A stretch of 64,000 nucleotides of DNA from the human T2T-CHM13v2.0 reference genome, Homo sapiens. A program made the translations under genes and the position numbers. The notes beneath the pieces are model-generated. The model made no database searches and had not been told where the DNA came from. It saw only the letters and a list, made by a program, of their open reading frames with translations. Where the stretch lies: NCBI RefSeq assembly GCF_009914755.1, contig NC_060926.1, one strand, 5' to 3'. Below, piece after piece: positions 16,320 through 31,292 of this stretch; position 1 is the stretch's first letter, and the number at the start of each line of letters is the position of its first letter.

Positions 16320-16535
16320 TAATAGTTTATATTGTTGAGCACATCTAGTACCAGGCACCTTACTATACACCTTATGTGCATTCTCTCATTTAATTCTCAC
16401 TAGCTAGAGGCCATTATTATCTCTATTTCTCAGATGAGGAAACTGAGGCACAGAGTAGTGATACAGTTTCTCCAAGGTCTACACCCAGATAAGTGGTAGA
16501 AATAGGATTTAAATCCAGACAGTCTGACCCCAGAG
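16320..16535 (-). mobile_element. MIR
   Basis: tctcatttaattctcac...cagatgaggaaactgaggcacagag...ggatttaaatccagacagtctgac. Confidence 0.85.
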
Positions 16536-16929
16536 CCAGCTAAGAATTTACATGGGTAACTGCAAAAATGTAGAAGCAGAAAAGACAGGTGACAAAGGCT
16601 ACAGAATTCATTTTGGGTGGTAAGTTAGTTAAAGGATGGTAAGTTAGTTAAAGGAGAAGAGTTGTAAAGCCCTTCAAATTTCAGATGAAACACATCTCTC
16701 TTCACCCATCTTCACTGCATTATGCTAAGAAAGAAGAAAAACTCTTGTTAACAAGCTTTATACTTTTTCTTTTAAAATGTATTTTATTTATTAACAATAT
16801 ATTTTTAAATGTTTTTTAAATTCACATATATTGCTAAAACCATAACAAAGATGTTTATTTCTTGATAGGTCTTTTATGTATTTTATTATAATACACGTAT
16901 TTACATTTTACTATGCTTTTTTCCAAACC

Positions 16930-17420
16930 TTTTTATTGGTTTACACTGTCTTTCTGAATATGTTTCTGAGTAGCTTAAAAACATTCCATATTTTGTCTGT
17001 TGTTGTCTATCCAAATTCTTTCTCATTTATCATCATCGAAATAACAGCACAATAAATATCTTTGTTCTTACAGCTTTTTTTTCCTTTAGAATAAATTCCA
17101 GGGAGTGGGTTACTAGGTCAAAGAGTCTGGACAATTGTGTGACTTCTTACATCCACTGCTAATGTGTTCTCCAAAAGAACTGAACTAATTAACATTGCTG
17201 CCAGAAATGTAAGAATATACTCGTTTTCTGATATCACATCAGCTTTGTTTTATTTATATTTATATTAGTTTAATAGCCATAAAATGGTTTCTCATTATTT
17301 TCTTCCTTCCATTTCTTTGATTTGGAGTGGAGTGTTTTTCTATAGGCATGCTTGCAAGTATTTCCTCCTTTGAAAAATCTGTTCTTACTCTTTGCCCATT
17401 AATCTTTCTGGATCTTGGTG
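16930..17420 (-). mobile_element. Old L1M fragment
   Basis: tttagaataaattcc...tactaggtcaaagag...tggtttctcatt...catttctttgatt, degraded antisense L1 3' region. Confidence 0.6.
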
Positions 17421-18136
17421 CTGTTGTGATTCACATATTTCAAAACAAAGTTGGCTTAATTTTATTTCTGCAAACTGAATGCAGACTGAATGACTGGTTC
17501 GTCTAGACTTACACTTGGGCGGACCCAAATTCCAGCTTGTTTCCTCAACCTCCTAAATTTCAACAACTGAGGCATAAATGTCAATCTTAGCTATAAAAAT
17601 ATGAAAACGAAGGTTTCCACTACTTAGTTTTTTTCTTCAAAAGACATACTAGGACTGCTATATTTGAAAATTCTAAGAGTAATATTAACGTTTATGCATC
17701 AGTCCTTGTTTTCATAAGCAACTACACTCTCTAAATGAAGAATTATTCTTTCAGTATGGGAACAATAGCCATGATAAAATATCTTTTGTGTCTTTATCCT
17801 AAAATTGCTAAGTACAAAATCAGAGGGGGAATAAAGCAGTATCTTCAGATTTTGTTTTGCTTAAATAGGAAAAAAACTCCTTAAAATAACACATACACTA
17901 AAACTATTTAATCTTTCAGCAAAAAAAAGAACAGGCATTGGTATACAAACACTTTTGGACTCCACCACTCTGCCTGTTATCTATTTCTGTTACCTAAATA
18001 TTTTTTCCCAAACCAGAATCCCTAAGAGAAACTTAAAATACAGATTCCTGCTCCCCGCTACCCGCCCCGCCCCGCCCCGCCAAAGGTCTAACAAATCAAA
18101 ATCCTTAGGGTTGCATCCTGAATATATATATATGTA

Positions 18137-18418
<282 letters not shown>

Positions 18419-19844
18419 TATATTTTTTAAATATTCCCCCAAGTGTTCAAATATTTTAGCTGCAAAATTCTCTTTTTAAACTAAATCTTTATAAGAACCA
18501 TAAGACTAATATTTATATTGATTTTTAAATGCTGCTAGGCAAAAGACCTGTATTTACTCTTGCAGTGCTTTGAAAAGAGTTTCTGAAAGATAATTTACAC
18601 CCTTAATTAATCCTTTACCTAAAAAAGAGTAGAGGCCAGAAACAAATATTTTTGACTTTTTATAGTACCTGACTGCTTTAAAAGCTCTTTGTAAGCTGAC
18701 CGTAGGCACAGATCACGTGGCATCCACTATCAATACTCATAAGTCTAATTTATCCTCAGGATGTTCCCTGAAGTATTCAGGAATTCTTAGTCCTATTACA
18801 AAGATTTTGTTGCTGTGATAGTGGTTTTGTTTGTTTATTCAGAAAAATAAAAGTCAAAAAAACAGCTCCTGTATAACGATGGTACAACCATGAGTAATTT
18901 TATTTTTTCAAGCTTTTCTTTAACGTCTTGAGGAAATGATTTTTATACTTCAGGGAAAATTAAAAGGGGGTCATTAAAAAACCTGGTGGCATTCCCAATT
19001 TATCTACTGATGGCTTTTGAATTCTTCTCACTGTCAGTTAGGAGACTGACATTATCTCAGTCATTAAGATTATTAGAATCTTATTCTAGGATATCAATAA
19101 ACATAGTGGATAGTTTATTAATGTATTCAATAATGTCAATGTCCACATTATCCTACTGCTATATATTATCTACACACACACGTACATATTCCACATACGT
19201 CAATAAAAATAGTAGGTGGTTTAATAATGTCTTCAATAATGTTGATTTCTGCATTATTCTACTAATATGAATTATGCTATATATATTTATTGCATATATA
19301 TGTAGAATATACATATAAAAAGAAACCTGTAAGAACTTGAGACCAGAAAGATATTAATGTAGACATCTCCATATGTCAATTCTTTCCTAACTCTCCAAGA
19401 TATTCCCATGTAGGTGTTTAAATCACAGAAAAGTACTTCTGCTGGAATCTCACCTAGGTAAAGAGAAAGCTCTGCAGTTAGTTTTGTCTTCTTTCTGTGG
19501 CCCAGAAAAACAAAGTCATACTATGTGAAGTGGGCTATGAGGAGATACAGACAGGCGACTCTATGTGGGCTGCAAGTGAAAGAGTTAACTATTTACAAGC
19601 CCACTGATGCCTCCAACACTGGCTAAATCTCATTATTCTGCCTTATTCCAGAAACACACTCATAATCCGCACAGGGTTCTTGAAAGATTACACTAACGTT
19701 TCTTAGCCCAGCCACCCACAATGGGAGTATTCTGTACACAATTCTGTAATACACAAGCAGTGAATCTTCTGGCCTCACGTAACTAAAACAAGAAAAATAC
19801 TCAATAACTCAACATGGTATCATGCTAAACTTCCAACTCCAAGA

Positions 19845-20139
19845 CGAGGCACGGTGGCTCACGCCTATAATCCCAGCACTTTGGGAGGCCAAGGCGGGCA
19901 GATCACCTGAGGTCAGGAGTTTGAGACCAGCCCGACCAACATGGCGAAACCCTATCTCTACTAAAAATACAAAAATTAGCCGGGCGTGGCGGTGGGTGCC
20001 TGTAATCCCAGCTGCTCGGGAGGCTGAGGCAGGAGAACCTGGGAGGCGGAGGCTGCAGTGAGCTGAGAAAGCGCCACTACACTCCAGCCTGAGCAATAGA
20101 GCAAGGCTCCATCTTAAAAAACAACAACAACAAAAAAAA
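19845..20139 (+). mobile_element. AluS
   Basis: Two arms; TSD aaacttccaactcca. Confidence 0.95.
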
Positions 20140-20279
20140 CTTCCAACTCCAGCCTGTAATTGGCCAGAAATGTCAGTACTTTCTGAACTATCCTACCAAA
20201 GTGTCCTAACAGCGGAGGAGCATCTCTTAAATACAAAATTAATTATTCTCCCTTATGGTTATCTTTAAAATTCTTGCAA

Positions 20280-20330
20280 ATGTTCTACCTTAGTGTGTGT
20301 GTATATGTGTATAGACACACATACATGCAT

Positions 20331-20366
<36 letters not shown>

Positions 20367-20568
20367 TTGCTTTAATATTAAAATCATGTTTCCTCTAAAA
20401 GTAGGGGGGAAATTGATACTGTAGGAGTATGTTCCACCTTACTGTGTGTGTATATGTGTGTATAGACACACATACATACACACACACACACATATATATA
20501 TATTTGCTTTAACATCAAAATCATGTTTCTTCTAAAACTAAAGGGGAAATTGATACTCTAGGCGTATG
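20280..20568. repeat. Two-copy tandem duplication, ~150 and ~139 bp units, each with a (CA)n/(TA)n core
   Basis: tgtt(c)taccttag/ctgtgtgtgtatatgtgtatagacacacatac...tatttgctttaa...aaaatcatgttt...aattgatact.tagg.gtatg occurs twice in a row. Confidence 0.9.
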
Positions 20569-23297
20569 TACTAGTTGTACTGTGGCACTTCATCATGTCC
20601 CCAGAGGGGTGCACACCTATCAGATTAACTGCCTTTTCCAAAATGCTCTCCTTCCATCCGTGAAACACATCTACAAATCAAGTTCCTAAGAGTTATTTGT
20701 CCAAGGTGCTGCCCTGAGGCCCAAGGCAATAGTTAACTGAACCAGAGAAGTATTCAGCTCAGGGCAGCCAAGGAGATTCCCTGTCCAGAGAATGTGAGAA
20801 GGAGATGAAGAGTGAGGGTCAGTCTCTCTTTGGCTGAACCTGTAGCCATATGTTCCACAACTATGGTCCAAGAAGTTGGAAAGGCGGTCTTTAGAAAAGG
20901 AAGGAATGAAGAAGACACTCAGAGAGAAGCAGACACCAGAGGTAGGATGGGAATGCTGCCTGTTCCTCACAGAGCCCTGTCTATGGGGTTACGCTTCCTG
21001 GGGCTGGGCTCCCATCATTTGGAAGCTCAGCTTCCTGAGTAGTCACCTCAGCATACACAGAACACTCATGTGAGAAACACAAGCTAAGTGACAAAAAAAG
21101 GCAGGCACAATAGAGCAGCCTGGGGCCTTATTCACCAAGAGATAAATCACTTGCTGTGGGCACACCCCAACTCTGAAAGAAAAACCAAATTAACAACCGT
21201 GCAAGCTCCTATTTGGATATAAGCTAGGTATCCCTTCTTTTCTAGCAAGAAGGAATAAACCTAACATGACTTGCATTAAACATCATAGTTTTGGAATTGA
21301 GAATCTGTAAATTGTAAGTTATGGCCCCAAAACAAAAGAAGAACTACAGGCCTGCCTGTGAACTTCCTTTTTTCTAGGCTGTTACATGCTTTGCTGTTGC
21401 CACTGACAGTGTGGTAAGAGGCGGCCCCCTGGGTTTCCCCAGCCAGGCTGCCCCATCGAAGGCAGCTACACAGCGGCCAGGACAAGCCAGCCAGAGCCAG
21501 TAGGGCTGGAGCCCTGACAAAGGCAACGACGCTCCTGGAGTCAGATAATGAAAGCCAGAGCAGGAAGGACCCTGCGCTTCATGTAAGACGTTCACCAAAT
21601 AAAGAAATGTTTAATCACGCATCTGTGCTGTACATTGCAGGAGCCTTTGAAAAGCGTAATGCCTGGGTGCAGTTTAAAAATAAGGAATCTTAATCTATCT
21701 GGTCTAACTTTAGAAAATTGTTTGGAGGGGATTCTTAAGATACTCTGAATTTATACTTTCTTAACAGGGGCTGTCTTTTGTATATGTGGTTTGTGAGAAA
21801 ATGTGTGATTGATCTGTAATTTGAGCCTCTTTTCAAAGCTTATAGTATCATTGGATTCAAACCATTTTCATTTAATGCTCTAGATGGCAGAACACTAAGA
21901 CCTAAGCAATTAAAAAGGGAAAGATTTCAGATAATGAACTAGTTTCTAGTGACTGTCCAACAGTGGACCAGGCTCATTTCTAAATCACTAGGTGTCTAAA
22001 CTTGACAACAGTTAAAACTAGATCCCTAACTGTCAGGAGCATGAGTACAAAAGATTCCTGCTGTTCTATGATGTGTTTCTGACTATGTGTCTTTGAAAGG
22101 CCTTTCAACTTTAATGCTCCAAAATTTAGATGTTCTCCATATACCAACGGCTTTATAAAAAGTAAATGTAAGCACACAGAGCCAAAAGACAACTTGAACA
22201 CAAGTTATCTACATCAAAGTAACAAAACCAAAGTGCATTTGTCTTTACACCAGGAAATAAATCAAATTGAGACAGATGAACAGGAAAAAAAATATGTCAT
22301 GAACCTGAAGTTAAACATCTACTTTTCAGGCTTGAATTTTTAAAAAATACACTTCTAAGATTCTTTCCCAAGAAGGCTTCATGTATATACAAATACATTA
22401 ATCCCCCTTAGAATAGATTTAAAACAAAGGCCTTGGTGTTTCAGAAAATGGCATACAAAAGGGGAGGATGTAAGGCCCTGTGTATAAACAAGTCAAGAGG
22501 CTCGTATCCTAAGCTAATCGCTCCTGTGCAATGGGAGGCAGCCACATCACCCTAGTCCAGGACTTCCATGTACTCCCAGTAAATTGTAAACTGTCCTGTA
22601 AGGGGGCTTCAGCCTTCTCATAGATCACAGATCAAAGACCAAGTCTATAAAGAGAGAGGAAGAAGAAAAAAACTGTATTCATGCTTTGGGTGCCTCAGGA
22701 GGTACAGAAAAGAGAGAAGTCAGTTGATGTCTCCAAACCTCTACAAGCAGCTCATCTTCAAAAAAAAAATGGAAGAATAGGTGAAAACACCAATCCAATC
22801 CCCAAGAAGAAAGCACTCTCCTTGCACAGGTTTAGTGTTTAAAATTTCAGGTGCCTGAGCTTAAGCAGATTCCAGGACTCTCTTGGAGGTGGCAGCTATC
22901 ACTGTGTAGGATTTCTTTATAGTAAAGGTGATTAGCTCTCTTTCAGATCATTTTGCAAAGGAAGTCAGTTGGACAAATGTGAGTACCATGTAGACCCACC
23001 TGGGAAAGCTAAATATTTACCAGTTCAGTTTGGTATGACAGTAGTTTTTAAGAGGTATTCTTTAAAAAACAAATTAAAAGCACACAGAAACACAGAAGTT
23101 TTTTTTTTTTTTACTTGATTAAAAGAATCAACAGACAGTAACAGTCAGCTTTTTAGTGATTATTATAAAACTTCGGGGAAAAAAACAATCATGACTTTCT
23201 TCAGTTCCTTTTTCTTTTATTTAGTATCTTAAAACAATTCAATATTTTTGGACAAATTTTTTATTGTGTAAAGTATACATAAAATTTACCATTTTAT

Positions 23298-23465
23298 AAC
23301 TAAAAGAGTATAATTGGATTATTTGTAACACAAAGGATAAATGCTTGAGGGGATGGATGCCCCATTCTCCATGATGTACTTATTTCACATTGCATGCATG
23401 TATCAAAACATTTCATGTACCCCACAAATATATACACCTACTATGTACCCACAAAAAGTAAAAAT
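23298..23465 (+). mobile_element. L1MA-type extreme 3' end inserted into the L1MB
   Basis: aaaggataaatgcttgaggggatgga...tatatacacctactatgtacccac; flanks repeat aatttaccatttt (TSD-like). Confidence 0.8.
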
Positions 23466-23798
23466 TTTTTAATTTACCATTTTAACCATCTTTAAGTGTA
23501 CAGTTCACTGGGATTAAGTACATTCACATTATTATACAACCATTACCATCATTCATCTCCAGAAATTTTTCCCTAGCCCATACTGAAACTCCGTGCCAAT
23601 TAAACAATAACTTCCCATTGCCTCCCCCCTTTATCCCTGGTAACCACTATTCTACTTCCTGTCTCTCTGAATTTGACTACTCTAGGTACCTTATATAAAT
23701 GAAAATCATACAATAGTTGTTCTTGCATCTGGCTTATTTCACTTAGCATAATATCTTCAAGTTCAGCTATGTTGCAGCATGTGTCAGAATTCCCTTCC

Positions 23799-24124
23799 TT
23801 TTTATTTTTTCTTTTTATTTATTTATTTATTCATTTATTTATTTTTGAGATGGAGTCTTGCTCTGTCACCCAGGCTGGAGTACAGTGGTGTGATCTTGGC
23901 TTCCTGCAACCACTGCCCCAGGTTCAAGCAGTTCTCTTGCCTCAGCCTCCCAAGTAGCTGTGATTACAGGCATGTGCCGCCACACTTGGCTAATCCTTTT
24001 TTTTTTTTTTTTTTTTTTTTTGTATTTTTAGTAGAGACAGGTTTCACCATGCTGGCCAGGCTGGTCTCGAACTCCTGACCTCAAGTGATCCACCCACCTT
24101 GGCCTCCTGAAGTGCTGGGATTAC
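23799..24124 (-). mobile_element. AluS inserted into the L1MB
   Basis: (ttta)n tail, Alu arms; TSD cagaatt.ccttcctttt. Confidence 0.93.
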
Positions 24125-25804
24125 TTTGGGAATTCTTTACTAGGCCAGAATTTCCTTCCTTTTTAAGGCTGAATAATATTCACATATATCACATTTTGTT
24201 TATCAATTCATACGTCATTGGACGTTTGAGTTGTTTCCATCTTTTGGTTATTGTGGATAATGCTGCTATGAACATGAATGTACTAATATCTGTTCACCTC
24301 TCTGCTTTCAATTCTTTTGGATATATACCCAGACGTAGGATTGCTAGATCAAATGGTATTTCTATATATAACTTTTTGAGAAACCACCACACGGTTTTTC
24401 ATGGCAGCTGCACCATTTTACATTCCCAACAGCAAAGCACAAGGTCTTCAATTTCCCCACATCCTCACCAAGATTTGCTATTTCTGGTTTTCAGATAGTC
24501 ACACTGATGAGTATGAAGTGGTATCTCATTTGTGGTTTTGACTGGCATTTCCCTAATGATCAGTGATTGCTCCATTTTCTTCTAAATGGTGTTGCAAAAT
24601 GTGTCTTCTTGTTTTGTTTCAGTATCTCTTTCTGTAGGATAGAAATGTAATGCTTGCTCTGAGTAGATATTCATGAAGTGCTCTGGGAGTTCTGAAGAAC
24701 TTCCAACACACTAAAACTAAGAAGCCAGGGATTCCGTTATTCAGGTCTCAACCACCTACCAAATCTTGCAGCCTAGACAGAAAGACATTGCCAAGTTTCC
24801 TTCTAGGCTCTTAAAGACTAGGTAAAGCAGCCTTAAGCACAGTCCTCCTACAAAGGCAATAATGTAAGTTTTTATTGTCTAGGAAGATTAATGAACTGGG
24901 TGAGTAAACATGAAAAGCAGGATGGTCCCAGGACTCTAGACCCAGGGATGCAAATTTGGGCCATTGAGTCCAGCATTGCAGCTCCTACCAGAGGCCTCCC
25001 CTGAGTAGCTCCTGCTTACTTATATACATCTGTGTCCCCCTCCCAGAGCTAAACACTAAGAACACAACATAGCAACAGACTCAACCTTAAGAATAACTTT
25101 GTAAACCTAAGAAACAAAAACAAAGTTACTTGGAAGATATGGGAGTTAAAAATCCAGTTTTGAGACAGGTCCTTGTTAAATTCCCCCGATCTAGGTTCCT
25201 CTTGTCTAGCCCACCATGATTTCCCAGACTTCTGCAGATAATCTCTTTCCCTTCTGCATCTAAGCTGATCCAACACTCCTTAGGCTGCCTGAGAAAACTT
25301 CACTTTCAAATCTTTTCTCCTTTTTGTTAAACTGTCGTCCTCCAACTCATAGTCATTAATTCAACAGCCAACAAGCATATGCCGCAGACTCCAACGTGCC
25401 AGGTGCTGAGCTTGGCACTAGAGACACCATGATGAATAAGACCAGGCCCCAGCAGGAAGGACTTGCTGTAGAGGGAGCCTGCCTTCTCTAGGTTCTTACT
25501 TTATCTAAAATGCTAATGTATCTCCTGGGGCATATAACCACCTTTTGGTCATCTATAGAGTCACTTGCTATAACTCATTGAAAAGAATATGGTTGAGGAG
25601 TTTCACATTTGTGTGGGATTCCCATGAGTGTGACTGTTAATTTGAGGGGGGAAAAAAAAAGAAAGAAAGAAAAGAATGTGGTCCAATAAAGAACACAGGC
25701 TATACTATCTTATATGACCTTGAGCAAAATCACTCATCAGTGGCCTTGCCTGAAAAACGGTAAGACTACTTTTCCTAGAAACAGAGACCTAAACCAAACA
25801 ATAT

Positions 25805-27327
<1,523 letters not shown>

Positions 27328-27650
27328 CTAAAAACATAAGTCTATATGCCAAAGATAAAGCTTTGATGACTGTACACACCCTGTCTTCTTCCATAGTAGC
27401 TGTTATTACTGCTGAGCCTTCTGAAAAGTGTTTAAGGAGTGATAACAAGGGACCCTAGAGAATCTGAGACTTTTCGTTGCTAAACAAAAAATCAGAACCA
27501 CGCTTGAGATGTTATACTACTAAGACAACAGGAACATTTGTCACATATCAAACAAGAGACAGGGTCTGCTAACTGCAGCGATGGCCAGAAGAGACAGCCT
27601 GCAAGTCTAGTTCATCCTTATGAAGAAAACAGGATCTGAAAAAAACTCAC

Positions 27651-27668
27651 ACCTCGAAATCATCTCTT
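27651..27668 (-). other. Candidate 18-nt microexon of an unidentified minus-strand gene
   Basis: Minus strand: ...TTTTTCTCTTGTCCCGTCACACAG|AAGAGATGATTTCGAGGT|GTGAGT; no transcript evidence available. Confidence 0.5.
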
Positions 27669-28353
27669 CTGTGTGACGGGACAAGAGAAAAACCGAGGGC
27701 AAAATGCAAATTCACATGCAACTAGAAATCACAACTAAAAATCTGTAATGTATGATATGTGCTAGGCTTTACAATAAGAGTCTATGAGAAACAGCTTACT
27801 TCCTACCAGCCAGGACAAAATATTCGCACACTGTTATACAAACAAATCTTCCTAGCCATACGGTAGTTCCCTCTGATACAGCACTCTGGGCAGAGAGCAA
27901 TAAACAAAATCCAGACAGGAAGTAGCCAGAAAGAATAAATGGCAGAGCTTTCTGGCAGTATCTTCCTGTAGAGAAACAAGAGACAGCTTTTTATTTTAAT
28001 AAAATTATCTTAGAACCCAGGCCCTAAAATTACTTATTAATATGATTCCCCACAGAGGTGGGGAAGTTATAAATGAGGTTGTAGTGTTTTGGCTCCACTC
28101 CTAGAGTCAACATCATGAAGTGAACTCTATTTACTGGCCACTGACAACTCCAGAATCAAATTCCCATCCAGAATGAACAATTTTGACCTACCCCCTAGTG
28201 GGTGCCCTTTCTGAAGCCTTTTCTCATTTTAAGGCATATGGATTTGTGCTAACGGAAATTCCACGTAAAAATTTCAACCTACCAAAATGAGTGCATTCTT
28301 TCCACAGAAGAATGTTTGAAGAAACTACAGTTGCTTTTAAGTTAAGATTGACA

Positions 28354-28681
<328 letters not shown>

Positions 28682-28786
28682 TTACTTTCCTAACATGGAT
28701 ATCTAAACAATACATTAAGCAAGATATCATATTGCATGATATGCTCTGGTGCTGTCTGTGAATAATAATGCCTCTTTAAAAGGTGT

Positions 28787-29422
<636 letters not shown>

Positions 29423-29499
29423 AAAAGGTGTCAAGTTTGAATTTGCCTGAAAGCCACAGCAGTACAGGAACACTGAAGGGCAAATGTCACTATTCCGGT

Positions 29500-30100
29500 G
29501 TAGCAGAGGCTCCTAGCTGTCTCCCCAGGATCCATCTTCTCTCTCCTCTATAGTAACAGAAGCCTTAGCTAGGCACATGGCTGCCTCCCTAAAGATTACA
29601 TTTCCCAGCCTGCCTTGTAGAAAATTAATTATGTGATTGATTCTGGCTAACGGAATAAGATGTTTTCAACTTCCAGGTCATGTTCTTAAAAGAAAGGAGG
29701 CCAGAAGCCCGGTACAGTGGTATGCATCTGTAGTCCCAGCTACACCTGAGGCTGAGGCAGGAGGATCACTCGAGCCTAGGAGCTTGAGACCAGCCTGGGC
29801 AACATAGTGAGATCATGTTTCTTATTTTAAAAAGAAAAGAAAAAGGAAAAGGAAAAGAAAGGAGCCTGCCCTCCTCTTTCCTACTTCCTTTTCCCATAGT
29901 GATAGAAGATGGAGCAACTATCTTAGCTGAAAGATAGAAGCTATGTGGTAGAGATGGCATAGTAATAAAAGAAAACTTTATCCCCAACATCATGGAGTCA
30001 TCTTCTCAGTCTTGGTTTGTTTATGCTCAGACCATTATAGATGAGAGTAAAATAAACTTCTGTGTTCTAATTTTGACCAAATAAGTATCCCGACTAATAC
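29500..30100 (+). mobile_element. MLT1-type LTR remnant interrupted by an Alu monomer
   Basis: acatttcccagcctgccttg...ttctggc...gagtaaaataaacttctgtg. Confidence 0.55.
29707..29858 (+). mobile_element. Free Alu monomer (FLAM/FAM)
   Basis: Single arm: ctgtagtcccagctac...gagaccagcctgggcaacatagtgaga, then A-rich tail. Confidence 0.85.
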
Positions 30101-30947
30101 CTCTCTTGAAGCACTTTGAATTCAACCGCTATCTTTTGTTTTGATAGCCATACCTTACGCAGAAAGCACCCTGGATTTCTTGAAAGGAATTTCCCAGCAT
30201 GTTTTCAGCATGCACTGTCAGAGTTTGATGATAGCATCAACGTTTTTGAGTTTTTAGTATCATTTTTCACAATCCTTGAAGTCAGAGCTGCAACAAATAG
30301 TTCATAACATGGGGTGGATTTCCTCCCTTTCCCTCAGGGCATCCTCACAGAAGGAGAAAGTCTTCGGCTCTAGCACCCATCCAGTAAAGGGCTAGTCTTG
30401 TCTTCCCCATCTCTGTCTCTAGCCAGAGATGGCAGGATGCTCCTGGGCACTAGAATCCTTCACATCATTTATAATATGGGAACCTTTCTTTAACCTTTTC
30501 CAGACTCCTGAGGGTGATTAGAAAATAACATTTCCCAAGTTCAAGAAATCAAAACCCATGACTCTATATCCCTGACAAAATGGACAAAATACTTAGGTCA
30601 AAGTTACCAGGTCAGCTTTTATAGGCTACTTAAAAATTATATGGTTTTCTTTTAAAAGACACTAAAAGTTCTCAATTTTTTAATGGTCATTGCCATTTAC
30701 AAAATAAAAACGATAGTTGGCTCAATGACAAGGACAGTAAAAGAGTCAGCAGCATCTTGGGCACACTGAGAAAACCCAGTAAACCTCCCACAGAATTCCG
30801 TCCTCATAGAAATATTCTGTCCAACATCAACCCTGAATCCCACTCTAGCCAAAAATTCAAATAAGTGCAAAGACATCATGAGCCCATTCCACATGCCAGG
30901 TAGCTTTTTCTTATTTTAGACAGAGAAATGCTAACGTACTTCCTTAA

Positions 30948-31292
<345 letters not shown>

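Larger units (their letters stand above)
23262..24570 (-). mobile_element. L1MB-type 3' fragment hosting two nested insertions
   Basis: taagtgtacagttca...cattcacatt...tggcttatttcacttagcataat...tgctgctatgaacatg...tggtatctcatt. Confidence 0.8.

Noticed and set aside
30154-30289. Minus-strand AG/GT pair suggesting a ~130-nt exon
   Set aside because: Short pyrimidine tract, stops in all frames and no other support; within chance expectation
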